Source: Enterococcus phage vipetofem
Sequence record: MT119361.1
Reading direction: 5' to 3' (one strand)
Length of the DNA stretch: 32,000 bases
Below the pieces are notes generated by a model. It searched no databases, was not told where the DNA came from, and saw only the letters and a program-made list of their open reading frames with translations. Both the position numbers and the translations under genes were made by a program. Positions 1-7,731 of the stretch are shown in pieces. Every line of letters starts with the position of its first letter. The first letter of the stretch is position 1.

Positions 1-1138
1 TTAATAAATGATCAACAAACTTATTGAATTCTTTCGGTTGTTGTGCTTCCATTGCCGTTAATAAATTTTCAATATATACTTTTACTTCATCTTTATATTT
101 TTTCTTATTTGTACTTAATTTTGTTTGATTACTAAATTCAACAATGTTTGATTCAACTACAGCAATAAACGATAGTGAATTTTCAATGTCTTCTTTATTA
201 AAAGCAGTTACTTTTTTAGGGAATAATTTTTTAGCTCGACAATATTTATTCATATATAAACGAACACCATCTAAAACCCCGTCATTAATTGCGCCACCTT
301 CTTCTAACCATGTCATATTCAAATATGATTCTTGATGCGTGTCCGGTGAGGTTGTTAATACAATATTATATTTGTTTTTTTCAACTACTACCTCCCCGTC
401 AATTTGTGGAACCTCACTAGTATTTTCTACTTCGCCCAGTGTGAAAATACCTGACGTTGTAGTTGTTCCAATTAATTCATCAAAACGATCGCGAATACCT
501 TCATATTTAAATTTTGTAACTGTTTCATCATGAACAAAACGATATTCGATACCTGGTGAAGCCACAGCAAAATGTTTGACAATTTCTTTGATATGATTAG
601 GGTCAAATTGAGTATGTGTGTAAATTGTTTCGTCAAGTTCGACAACAAAAGTTGAACCGTGAGCATTTTCAATTTCACTCATATCTTTTTCCATATATTC
701 ACCATCTAGTTCTCCACCATTAATGAAACGTACTTTATGAACTTTGTTATCATAATGTGACATAACAGCAAACAATTTTGAAGTATAATTTAATACGGTT
801 GTTCCAACACCGTTCGTCCCGGTTGTCACATTTTCGGTAACATCATATTTTGTTCCTGCGAATAATGTGCGGAATAATAAGTCATAATTTTTTTCACCAT
901 CTGTTTCGCCACCAATACGAATACCTCTACCATTATCACTAACCATAATTCGTTTATTATCATTTGATAAAGTAACTTCAATTTTACCAGGTTCACTAGA
1001 GTGATTTCTAAGTTCATCTGCAGCGTTTGCAATAAGCTCCTTTACACCGTGATAAAAATTATCACGAGAGCCATACCATATGCTCAGTTTTTCCCTAGCT
1101 TGTGCGCGATCATCTAATTTTTTAATTTTATCAGCCAT
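1..1138 (-). CDS. Type II DNA topoisomerase, GyrB/ParE/T4 gp39-like ATPase subunit (partial, runs off left edge)
   Basis: Manual minus-strand translation from ATG at 1138 is open to the window edge: MADKIKKLDDRAQAREKLSIWYGSRDNFYHGVKELIANAADELRNHS...KRIMVSDNGRGI...LLFRTLFAGTKYDVTENVTGTNGVGTTVLN. GHKL motifs ELIANAADE, DNGRGI and GTNGVG are present. Confidence 0.85.
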   Translation of the reverse strand, partial: MADKIKKLDDRAQAREKLSIWYGSRDNFYHGVKELIANAADELRNHSSEPGKIEVTLSNDNKRIMVSDNGRGIRIGGETDGEKNYDLLFRTLFAGTKYDVTENVTTGTNGVGTTVLNYTSKLFAVMSHYDNKVHKVRFINGGELDGEYMEKDMSEIENAHGSTFVVELDETIYTHTQFDPNHIKEIVKHFAVASPGIEYRFVHDETVTKFKYEGIRDRFDELIGTTTTSGIFTLGEVENTSEVPQIDGEVVVEKNKYNIVLTTSPDTHQESYLNMTWLEEGGAINDGVLDGVRLYMNKYCRAKKLFPKKVTAFNKEDIENSLSFIAVVESNIVEFSNQTKLSTNKKKYKDEVKVYIENLLTAMEAQQPKEFNKFVDHLL

Positions 1139-1300
1139 CTAAAATTCCTCCAAAATCAAATCTTTATCTTCATCAACTTTTACTTTTTCCATTTCTGCGT
1201 ATATTCCCGGAGTGTCAAGAAAATATACATTACTTAATTCATCAATTTTTTTATCTTTAATTAGTTTGTCTAGCTTACGATACAAATCCATTGCTTTCAT
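1139..1300 (-). CDS. Small hypothetical protein (53 aa), member of a local small-gene family
   Basis: MKAMDLYRKLDKLIKDKKIDELSNVYFLDTPGIYAEMEKVKVDEDKDLILEEF*, RBS AAAGAGGTAA upstream, abuts the topoisomerase start. Below the ORF-track size cutoff. Confidence 0.75.
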   Translation of the reverse strand: MKAMDLYRKLDKLIKDKKIDELSNVYFLDTPGIYAEMEKVKVDEDKDLILEEF

Positions 1301-1332
1301 TTATATTACCTCTTTCTTTATATCTTTTTTAT

Positions 1333-1361
1333 ATTATATCATATAAGGACTAAAATGTAAA
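1333..1361 (-). promoter_or_regulatory. Promoter P1 TTTACA-N17-TATAAT (within 3' end of 1350..1559)
   Basis: Minus strand GGGTTTACATTTTAGTCCTTATATGATATAATATAAA. Confidence 0.85.
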
Positions 1362-1559
1362 CCCGCCACTTTGAACAATTCCATATATTAAGAACCAAAA
1401 TCCTAAGAAAATTATTAAAAATAAAAACCAGGGCCCAATATCAAAATTCCAACGCCATTTAATATATCTTTGCAATCTATCATATCCTTCAACTAAACCA
1501 ATAATTAAACCAACAAATAAAAATATGCAAACTGTGATTAAAAAGCTTTTTAAGATCAT
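1350..1559 (-). CDS. Small membrane protein, two predicted TM segments
   Basis: ORF track; hydrophobic stretches SFLITVCIFLFVGLIIGLV and WFLFLIIFLGFWFLIYGIV. Confidence 0.7.
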   Translation of the reverse strand: MILKSFLITVCIFLFVGLIIGLVEGYDRLQRYIKWRWNFDIGPWFLFLIIFLGFWFLIYGIVQSGGFTF

Positions 1560-1571
1560 TTCATTCTCTCC

Positions 1572-1769
1572 TTATACCATTCTTTTACTTTTATATAGTC
1601 CTTCTTTAGTCCACATAGTTAAAATTATATCTCCATCATTATCAATTTCTAAATTTTCAACAGACACTAATTCATCATCACCACCAATAAACCAAACTGG
1701 CGAACTTTCTCTCACTTCACCTTTTTCTAATATTTCACCTAATTTTTTATATAATTCATTTACAGTCAT
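1572..1769 (-). CDS. Small hypothetical protein (MTVxELYxKLGE family)
   Basis: ORF track; paralogous to 1791..1952. Confidence 0.75.
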   Translation of the reverse strand: MTVNELYKKLGEILEKGEVRESSPVWFIGGDDELVSVENLEIDNDGDIILTMWTKEGLYKSKRMV

Positions 1770-1790
1770 TTATTTTCCCTCTTTTATTTT

Positions 1791-1952
1791 TTAATCTACT
1801 ATTAATATTAAATCATTATCGATATCAGACGTCGCTCTTTCAAGTGTATCATAAGTGTTTGTTCCGCGATCAATCCAAACACGTGAATGATTGTAAACTT
1901 CTTCTGATTTTAGCATTTCGCCTAATTTATTGTATAATTCTTCTACTGTCAT
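1791..1952 (-). CDS. Small hypothetical protein (MTVxELYxKLGE family)
   Basis: Manual translation MTVEELYNKLGEMLKSEEVYNHSRVWIDRGTNTYDTLERATSDIDNDLILIVD*; paralog of 1572..1769; RBS-like AGAGGG upstream. Confidence 0.75.
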   Translation of the reverse strand: MTVEELYNKLGEMLKSEEVYNHSRVWIDRGTNTYDTLERATSDIDNDLILIVD

Positions 1953-1965
1953 ATTTATCCCTCTT

Positions 1966-2178
1966 TTAATTATAATTTTTATTATATAATAATTCTTTCA
2001 TCTCGTCTAAAGTTTCAGACCAATAAGCTTCTTGTGATGGTTCTACTAATGCTTGCGTTACATAGAAGCCATACTGACACGTAACTAAAACGGCGTTGTA
2101 ATAGTCAGATTCCTCTATTGAAAACAAATAATCTTTATTGTTGAAGCGAGTTCCTTTTTCTATCCATTTGTATTTCAT
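1966..2178 (-). CDS. Hypothetical protein
   Basis: ORF track, collinear in operon. Confidence 0.6.
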   Translation of the reverse strand: MKYKWIEKGTRFNNKDYLFSIEESDYYNAVLVTCQYGFYVTQALVEPSQEAYWSETLDEMKELLYNKNYN

Positions 2179-2193
2179 ATTACTTATCCTCCA

Positions 2194-2829
2194 CTATAAC
2201 CATTCATTTATTAAAATTTCTGCCATTTTTTCTTTCATTTTTTTAACTCGATTATTTGCCGCCACGCGTGAAATTGAATATTTTTCTGCATATTTTACAA
2301 CACTAAAATTTTTCTTATCTATTAAAATTCTAATTAAATCTAATTCTGAATCAGTTTTAAAATGTGATAAAATTAAATCAACCAATGCTTCATCATTTAA
2401 TAAAGCTTCTGCGCCATTGCTCTCCATTTGTTGATATGTTTCATCATTTTCAAATTTTTTATTTGAAGAATCATATTTATCGTCTTCACTTAATTTTACA
2501 TTTAATGAAGAAACATTTGAATTTTTCCATTTATTGCGTTTAGATTGCAGAACAGGATATAATAAATCGCGTTTTGCTTTTTTAAATCTGTGGAAGATAT
2601 ATGTTGAAATACAGTTACCAGTTGAAATATCATAATTTTCAAATGCGTACCATAACTCGATTGTGAACTGCTGCTCTACTTCATCTCTATCAATACTGTT
2701 AGAATAAACTCTAGTGATTTTCCAAGTTTCGTTTTGAATCATATTGAAAAAATGATCATAAAGATCGTTATAAGACATGCTAACTTTTTTAATTCCATTT
2801 TCTGTGTTTAATAAAAATAATTTGTTCAT
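2194..2829 (-). CDS. Sigma-70-like RNA polymerase sigma factor (divergent)
   Basis: Region-2-like segment ENYDISTGNCISTYIFHRFKKAKRDLL and C-terminal HTH-like ..SVVKYAEKYSISRVAANNRVKKMKEKM.. Confidence 0.6.
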   Translation of the reverse strand: MNKLFLLNTENGIKKVSMSYNDLYDHFFNMIQNETWKITRVYSNSIDRDEVEQQFTIELWYAFENYDISTGNCISTYIFHRFKKAKRDLLYPVLQSKRNKWKNSNVSSLNVKLSEDDKYDSSNKKFENDETYQQMESNGAEALLNDEALVDLILSHFKTDSELDLIRILIDKKNFSVVKYAEKYSISRVAANNRVKKMKEKMAEILINEWL

Positions 2830-2863
2830 TGATATATGCTCTCCATTTCATTTAAATTAATTA

Positions 2864-2905
2864 CTACTGTGGATATATTATATCATATCCACAGTAGATT
2901 GTAAA
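2864..2905 (-). promoter_or_regulatory. Promoter P2 with 13-bp inverted repeat flanking the -10 box
   Basis: TTTACAATCTACTGTGGATATGATATAATATATCCACAGTAG. Confidence 0.85.
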
Positions 2906-2909
2906 CATT

Positions 2910-3257
2910 TTAGAAAAATAAATTTCCAGTTTTCCAATCATTATCAAGTTTGACAAATGCTAATGCAGCTGCTGTTTCAAAAATTAATTTTTTCTTATCT
3001 TTACCAGAGAAATTAATGTGTTTAATTTCAAGCGTAGTGCCATTCATATTGTTTATTAAATATCCATTTTTATATGCTTTATTAAATTCTTGTTCTGCTG
3101 ACTGAATTAAAATTTCATAGTCGAAATTATCTAACCATTCTTGCATTTCAATTTCACCGTCATTAATTCCATTTACTAATCCTTGATAATCATAAATTAA
3201 ATTATCTTTCAAGATTTTTACTGCTGTAGTTTCGTTTTCGTTTAATAAGTTTGACAT
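2910..3257 (-). CDS. Hypothetical protein (115 aa)
   Basis: ORF track; own promoter upstream. Confidence 0.65.
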   Translation of the reverse strand: MSNLLNENETTAVKILKDNLIYDYQGLVNGINDGEIEMQEWLDNFDYEILIQSAEQEFNKAYKNGYLINNMNGTTLEIKHINFSGKDKKKLIFETAAALAFVKLDNDWKTGNLFF

Positions 3258-3307
3258 TTTAAATTCCTACTTTCTGTTTTTGTTTTTTGTTTATTTATTA
3301 TATATTT

Positions 3308-3344
3308 ATTATAATACATAAAGGCTGAAATGTAAACAGCCTTT
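3308..3344 (-). promoter_or_regulatory. Promoter P3 with -35 in hairpin
   Basis: AAAGGCTGTTTACATTTCAGCCTTTATGTATTATAAT. Confidence 0.85.
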
Positions 3345-3361
3345 ATGAAATTTTTTAAAAA

Positions 3362-3511
3362 TTATTTTTTTAATTCTTCGATATTTTTTACTGCCATATC
3401 AATCATGTTTTTAATACCAGTTTTAGTTGCTTCATCTGTTGCTGATAATAATTGGTCTCTCAAAGTTTTTAACATTTCTTCTGTCATTTTGATTTGTTGT
3501 TCTTTAGTCAT
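3362..3511 (-). CDS. Small hypothetical helical protein (49 aa)
   Basis: Manual translation MTKEQQIKMTEEMLKTLRDQLLSATDEATKTGIKNMIDMAVKNIEELKK*, preceded by AAAAGAGGAAATTAAAATG and a promoter. Confidence 0.75.
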   Translation of the reverse strand: MTKEQQIKMTEEMLKTLRDQLLSATDEATKTGIKNMIDMAVKNIEELKK

Positions 3512-3555
3512 TTTAATTTCCTCTTTTCTTTAATTTGTTTATTTATTATATATTT

Positions 3556-3590
3556 ATTATACATTAGAAACTGTAATCTGTAAACAGTTT
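3556..3590 (-). promoter_or_regulatory. Promoter P4 with -35 in hairpin
   Basis: AAACTGTTTACAGATTACAGTTTCTAATGTATAAT. Confidence 0.85.
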
Positions 3591-3681
3591 TTTTAAATAA
3601 AATCTAATTTTTATTTTAAAAATGTTGCTCCGAAACGTTATCAGATTAACCTTTTCAAATGTATTAATTAACTATAAATAT

Positions 3682-3717
3682 ATTATACACCAAAAAAGGC
3701 TGCTTGTAAACAGCCTT
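3682..3717 (-). promoter_or_regulatory. Promoter P5 overlapping terminator hairpin of the lipoprotein gene
   Basis: AAAAGGCTGTTTACAAGCAGCCTTTTTTGGTGTATAAT. Confidence 0.85.
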
Positions 3718-3737
3718 TTCTATATTTTTTTATTTTT

Positions 3738-4280
3738 TTACATTGAACCATTCGACATATCGCGAACTTGTTCAATCATTTTATCTACTTTATCTAAAGC
3801 TTCTTTTTGTTTTTCTGGTGTTAATTGTTTGTTCAAATATAATTCATTTGTTTCATCTGTTAAAGTGACTAATTGTGCATAAATATCTTTCAATTTGGGA
3901 TCTTTTAAAAATTGATCGTTCCAAACTCCAGCTTCTGCAATTAATGAATCCATATCTCCACCAGATACATAAACTTTAAATGATGTTAAATATTGATTTA
4001 ACCGATATAATTGATCATATGTTTCTTTATCAATTTTTCCTTCATAATCTGGTTTAGCTTCATCTTTTCGTTTTTCTTCCAATTGTTTAGAAGTTTTTGT
4101 TACTGAAGGTTCGGCGCTATTTTCAACTGTAGTTGTTTCTTCAGTTTTACTTGACGTTTCTTTTGTAGTTGAAACAACAGTTGATTCTGAAGATTTATCA
4201 TTTTTATTTTCATCTTTATTTTGACAACCAACCATAACTAAACCTGAAACTAATAAAATTCCTAATAAAAATTTTTTCAA
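3738..4280 (-). CDS. Phage-encoded putative lipoprotein
   Basis: N-terminal signal peptide with lipobox: MKKFLLGILLVSGLVMVGC followed by a Ser/Thr/Glu/Lys-rich linker. Confidence 0.8.
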   Translation of the reverse strand: MKKFLLGILLVSGLVMVGCQNKDENKNDKSSESTVVSTTKETSSKTEETTTVENSAEPSVTKTSKQLEEKRKDEAKPDYEGKIDKETYDQLYRLNQYLTSFKVYVSGGDMDSLIAEAGVWNDQFLKDPKLKDIYAQLVTLTDETNELYLNKQLTPEKQKEALDKVDKMIEQVRDMSNGSM

Positions 4281-4325
4281 TATAGTTTCCTTCTTTCTAT
4301 AAATTTCTAACTCTTCTATAATTAT

Positions 4326-4369
4326 ATTATATCACAAATATATCAAATAGTAAAATAATACTATTTGAT
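4326..4369 (-). promoter_or_regulatory. Promoter P6 (TTTACT) with inverted repeat
   Basis: ATCAAATAGTATTATTTTACTATTTGATATATTTGTGATATAAT. Confidence 0.75.
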
Positions 4370-4690
4370 ACGTTGTGTGATACCCAACCCTTTATCATTT
4401 TCAACAACAATATATTCAGTGTTATTTTTACTATCTTTTATAATTGTCATTGATTTTTCATCAAAATAATCGTGCCCAATTATTTGCCAATTTGGATTGC
4501 CATATTTTGAATCTGAAACAAAACGTTTATTTTCATTCACTGTTTTAATCACATTTTGATACGTTTCATTTTTGTCTTTTAAAGTTTTAACAGACATTTC
4601 CAAATCATTATTTTTAATAATTAAAGAAGCAGACATTGCTAAAAGCGCGACTAATATTACTTCTCTAAAATTATTTTTTAAGAAATTCAT
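4361..4690 (-). CDS. Hypothetical protein with N-terminal TM anchor
   Basis: EVILVALLAMSASLII TM helix, then a soluble domain ending NTEYIVVENDKGLGITQRIK. Confidence 0.65.
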   Translation of the reverse strand: MNFLKNNFREVILVALLAMSASLIIKNNDLEMSVKTLKDKNETYQNVIKTVNENKRFVSDSKYGNPNWQIIGHDYFDEKSMTIIKDSKNNTEYIVVENDKGLGITQRIK

Positions 4691-5246
4691 CTTTAATCTC
4701 TACTTTCATATTTTTATTTAGATAAACTTTTTCTGTCAATCGTCCCTCATCTAATTTTTTCATTAGTGCATCAAATGATCTTTTAGGCATTCGTTCACTA
4801 TATTTATTAATAAATCTATTTCGATCTTTTTCTGAATGAAAAATACCAATCTGTTCACTTTCATAAATTGTAAATTCCATTCGAGGATCAAATTTATCAA
4901 TTATAACCATGCCAGTTTGAGGCTTGGCCATATCGTCATCATTCCATAATCCAGCTGCTGTAAATGCATCATATGGAATTTTAACATAATTTGAAGGGTC
5001 CATTCTTTTCCGTGGAAAAAAATAATCCACTTTAACATTTAAAAATTTACCTGATTTTGGAGCTTCCCAATTTTCTTCTTTCATTCTTTTCTTAATAATG
5101 TTAATCACATGAGCCTTATATTCTTTAGACTCGATAGTTTCTGCCAATCTACCAATCATTCTTCCTCCAACACGAATCATTTTCGCATATAAATATCCAT
5201 TAACTGATGGTGGAATTGGCAGAACTACCTTAATTGATTTGGTCAT
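4671..5246 (-). CDS. RusA-like Holliday junction resolvase / endodeoxyribonuclease
   Basis: VVLPIPPSVNGY N-terminus, acidic motif MDPSNYVKIPYDAFTAAGLWNDDDMAKP characteristic of the RusA fold. Confidence 0.75.
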   Translation of the reverse strand: MTKSIKVVLPIPPSVNGYLYAKMIRVGGRMIGRLAETIESKEYKAHVINIIKKRMKEENWEAPKSGKFLNVKVDYFFPRKRMDPSNYVKIPYDAFTAAGLWNDDDMAKPQTGMVIIDKFDPRMEFTIYESEQIGIFHSEKDRNRFINKYSERMPKRSFDALMKKLDEGRLTEKVYLNKNMKVEIKDEFLKK

Positions 5247-5869
5247 TAAATATAATAGCCTCGATAAGGACTGTTGAATTGGTCAATTTCATAGTCAATT
5301 TGGCCGATCATAAATTCTGCATCGTTTTGTAAACTATCGTTGTCGTCTAAAATATAATCTGCCCAATCCCAAATTGTTTCAAAATCTTTTTCATCTGCAA
5401 TTACACGGCGCACTTGTTCACGAAAATCATTTTCTTCTCGTCTCATCATTCGTGATAATTGTAAAATTGGTGGAATTTCTTTATAGAATACAATTACATT
5501 ATGTGCTCCAAATTCTTTTTTCAAATCTTTAATTCCTTGAACATCTGTTACAATAATTGGAATTTCATATTCATTTTCAAAACCTTTTTCAATTCCATAT
5601 TTCCATACTTCTCCAGTTGCAACATTATATTCCCGTGGAGCAATAATTTTACCATCTTTTTCCATTTGGTCAAATTGTTCATTAGTGATGAAAAAATAAT
5701 CTTGACCATCAATTTCACCAGGTCGCTTAGGGCGAGTTGTGATAGTGACAACTTTATGAATTCTATTATGGTCTGTTTTACGACAATAGTCAAGTAAATA
5801 ATTTAATAATGTTGTCTTGCCAGAAAGTGTTTTTCCAGCAAGAACAAATATTGGCTTAGTTAATTTCAT
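5246..5869 (-). CDS. Guanylate kinase-like (d)NMP kinase
   Basis: P-loop GKTLSGKTTL, TITTRPKRPGEIDGQDYFFITNEQF, IIVTDVQGIKDLKK: guanylate kinase signature regions. Confidence 0.8.
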   Translation of the reverse strand: MKLTKPIFVLAGKTLSGKTTLLNYLLDYCRKTDHNRIHKVVTITTRPKRPGEIDGQDYFFITNEQFDQMEKDGKIIAPREYNVATGEVWKYGIEKGFENEYEIPIIVTDVQGIKDLKKEFGAHNVIVFYKEIPPILQLSRMMRREENDFREQVRRVIADEKDFETIWDWADYILDDNDSLQNDAEFMIGQIDYEIDQFNSPYRGYYI

Positions 5870-6159
5870 TTATAAACGCTCGTTCCTTTCAATTTTGACA
5901 AAGCTTGAATTTTTGTTTTAGCATGAATGCATTGTTCTTGATTATTATCTTTATCTAAAACAACAATATAAACTCCTTCAAAAGATAAAGGAATACCATA
6001 TGCATTTGTCATTACAATATCTTGTTCAACTTCTAAAGGCTGAATAATTAAATTTAATTTAGATTCAAATTTATTTTCAATTTCTTCAATAACATTTAAT
6101 ACAGCTAAATCTGACGTATTGTTTTTATCATAAAAAACATGAATAACTTTACGTTCCAT
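5866..6159 (-). CDS. Hypothetical protein (97 aa)
   Basis: ORF track; 4-bp overlaps with neighbours. Confidence 0.65.
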   Translation of the reverse strand: MERKVIHVFYDKNNTSDLAVLNVIEEIENKFESKLNLIIQPLEVEQDIVMTNAYGIPLSFEGVYIVVLDKDNNQEQCIHAKTKIQALSKLKGTSVYK

Positions 6160-6860
6160 TATTTTTCCTCCTTATTAGTTGAACCAAAACCGCCAGTTCT
6201 TGGTACATCTCGTGTAATTTCAACATCGGTTGTCAATAAGAATTTTTGGAAAATACCTTGGCCAATTCGTTCACCTTTTTTAATAGTAATTGGTGATGGT
6301 CCAAAATTCATTACTTGGAACATAATATGGCCTTCATTATCTTCATTATTATAATAGTCGCTATCAATAACACCGACTCCATTTGCTAAAACTAAAAAGT
6401 GTTTTAATGGATTTGAAGAGCGATTATATAATAGTAACATTTCATCTCTAGGCATTTTAGCTTTAATGCCAGTTGGAATTAATGTTGGCTTATTATATTC
6501 TTTAAATTGAGTTCGAGCTTCATTTAATGATAAATTTTCAAGACCCACATCAGCGACATCATCAATTAGTGTAATTAACTCATCATATTGTTCTTGTTTT
6601 AATTGTTTATATACATCTAATTCATTTGCAATGTCTTCAAGCTTAACGAACTTTTTAAATTGTTCGTCACTCATTTCTTCTTCATTAATTTGTTCAATAA
6701 CTGAATCAATATAAGTTAATAATTGACGTACAGCCAAGTGAATAGAAGGAATTGTAACATCTTCTGCAGCTTCAAAATCATATCCAGCAGAATAAGCTGT
6801 TGCGCGCATTGGGATATTTACGTCTTCATATCCTGTTACTTTTTCAAATTTTCTTTCCAT
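6159..6860 (-). CDS. dUTPase-fold protein with long helical insertion between motifs 1 and 2
   Basis: Motifs AGYDFEAAED, YNRSSNPLK, ANGVGVIDSDYY, GERIGQGIF, RTGGFGST. The track starts at 6884, but RBS GAGAGG supports ATG at 6860. Confidence 0.85.
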   Translation of the reverse strand: MERKFEKVTGYEDVNIPMRATAYSAGYDFEAAEDVTIPSIHLAVRQLLTYIDSVIEQINEEEMSDEQFKKFVKLEDIANELDVYKQLKQEQYDELITLIDDVADVGLENLSLNEARTQFKEYNKPTLIPTGIKAKMPRDEMLLLYNRSSNPLKHFLVLANGVGVIDSDYYNNEDNEGHIMFQVMNFGPSPITIKKGERIGQGIFQKFLLTTDVEITRDVPRTGGFGSTNKEEK

Positions 6861-6862
6861 AA

Positions 6863-7084
6863 TTAAATACCTCTCACTTTCCAATCATTGCTAAATAATT
6901 CAACTTGCGTTGGTAGCCATGGAACACGGCCAAAACGTGACTCAACATATAAATATTTATGTGTCATTTTACTTTTTTCATCTGGAAATTGACAAAATAC
7001 TTTTACGTCATCACTCCACATTGGTAAAGACATATAAACATTTTTATGTTTTGATACCGTTGCAAATGCTTCATCAAATTTCAT
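6863..7084 (-). CDS. DUF2829 / Tad2-like protein (candidate Thoeris anti-defense)
   Basis: MKFDEAFATVSKHKNVYMSLPMW...(K)YLYVESRFGRVPWLPTQVELFSNDWKV matches the Tad2/DUF2829 pattern (MNFGEALEALKxGKxVxRxxW ... VPWxPSQxDxLAxDW). Confidence 0.7.
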   Translation of the reverse strand: MKFDEAFATVSKHKNVYMSLPMWSDDVKVFCQFPDEKSKMTHKYLYVESRFGRVPWLPTQVELFSNDWKVRGI

Positions 7085-7115
7085 ATAATCACTCTCTTTC
7101 TTTATTTATGTTTAT

Positions 7116-7144
7116 ATTATATCATAAACTTATATAACTGTAAA
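7116..7144 (-). promoter_or_regulatory. Promoter P7 upstream of Tad2-like gene
   Basis: TTTACAGTTATATAAGTTTATGATATAAT. Confidence 0.85.
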
Positions 7145-7147
7145 TAG

Positions 7148-7426
7148 TTATTCGCTAATAATTTTAGCTATTTTAGAAAAAGGGCGCAATTCAAGTTGAT
7201 ACTTATCATTAAGTTCTTTCCATTTGTTTTCAAAATATTCATCAGTAAAAATATTGTTTCTTGTAATTTCTAATTGTTCATCTGTTAAATTTTCTAATAT
7301 TTTAATCGATTGCAATGATCCGCTGACCGCTCCTTGTAAAAAAGCGATAGCATAAATTTCTTCACTATATAATTTATTAATAATTTTTTGTACTCCATCT
7401 ATTGCTTCTTTATTATTTTGCTCCAT
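7148..7426 (-). CDS. Hypothetical protein, paralog of 9087..9356
   Basis: LYSEEIYAIAFLQGAVSGSLQSIKILENLTDEQLEITRNNIFTDEYFENKWKEL aligns with LSKDELFALGYLLGHVDGAVGAAKSINNLSTEDAQELADDIFDLERLERDWNTL. Confidence 0.7.
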   Translation of the reverse strand: MEQNNKEAIDGVQKIINKLYSEEIYAIAFLQGAVSGSLQSIKILENLTDEQLEITRNNIFTDEYFENKWKELNDKYQLELRPFSKIAKIISE

Positions 7427-7442
7427 TTTAATTTCTCCTATA

Positions 7443-7730
7443 TTATCTTCCTAAATTTGTATTATACATTTGTGTATGCATATTAATTAAATCATAATAT
7501 TTTTCTTTTTCATAATCATCTGTAACTTCTTCTGCACTGTTATCGAAAAGTTGCATTAACATTTCATTATCATGTAAAAATACTAGAATTTGCTCTTGTC
7601 CAAAAACTTTATCAATACGAATTGCATTTTCAGCAATAATATGTCCTGGATTTGGTTCACTTTTTACTTTGAAAATATAATTATTTTCATATTCACGAAC
7701 AATATATAATTTACCTTTTTCAAATTTCAT
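7443..7730 (-). CDS. Hypothetical protein
   Basis: ORF track, operon context. Confidence 0.65.
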   Translation of the reverse strand: MKFEKGKLYIVREYENNYIFKVKSEPNPGHIIAENAIRIDKVFGQEQILVFLHDNEMLMQLFDNSAEEVTDDYEKEKYYDLINMHTQMYNTNLGR

Positions 7731-7731
7731 C

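Noticed and set aside
472-678. Minus-strand ORF in track (also 826..1032)
   Set aside because: Out of frame inside the long partial GyrB-like reading frame that extends past the window edge.
3345-3533. 62-aa plus-strand membrane-like ORF
   Set aside because: Antisense to the better-supported 3362..3511 gene with RBS and promoter.
5548-5793. 81-aa minus-strand ORF
   Set aside because: Out of frame within the guanylate kinase-like gene.
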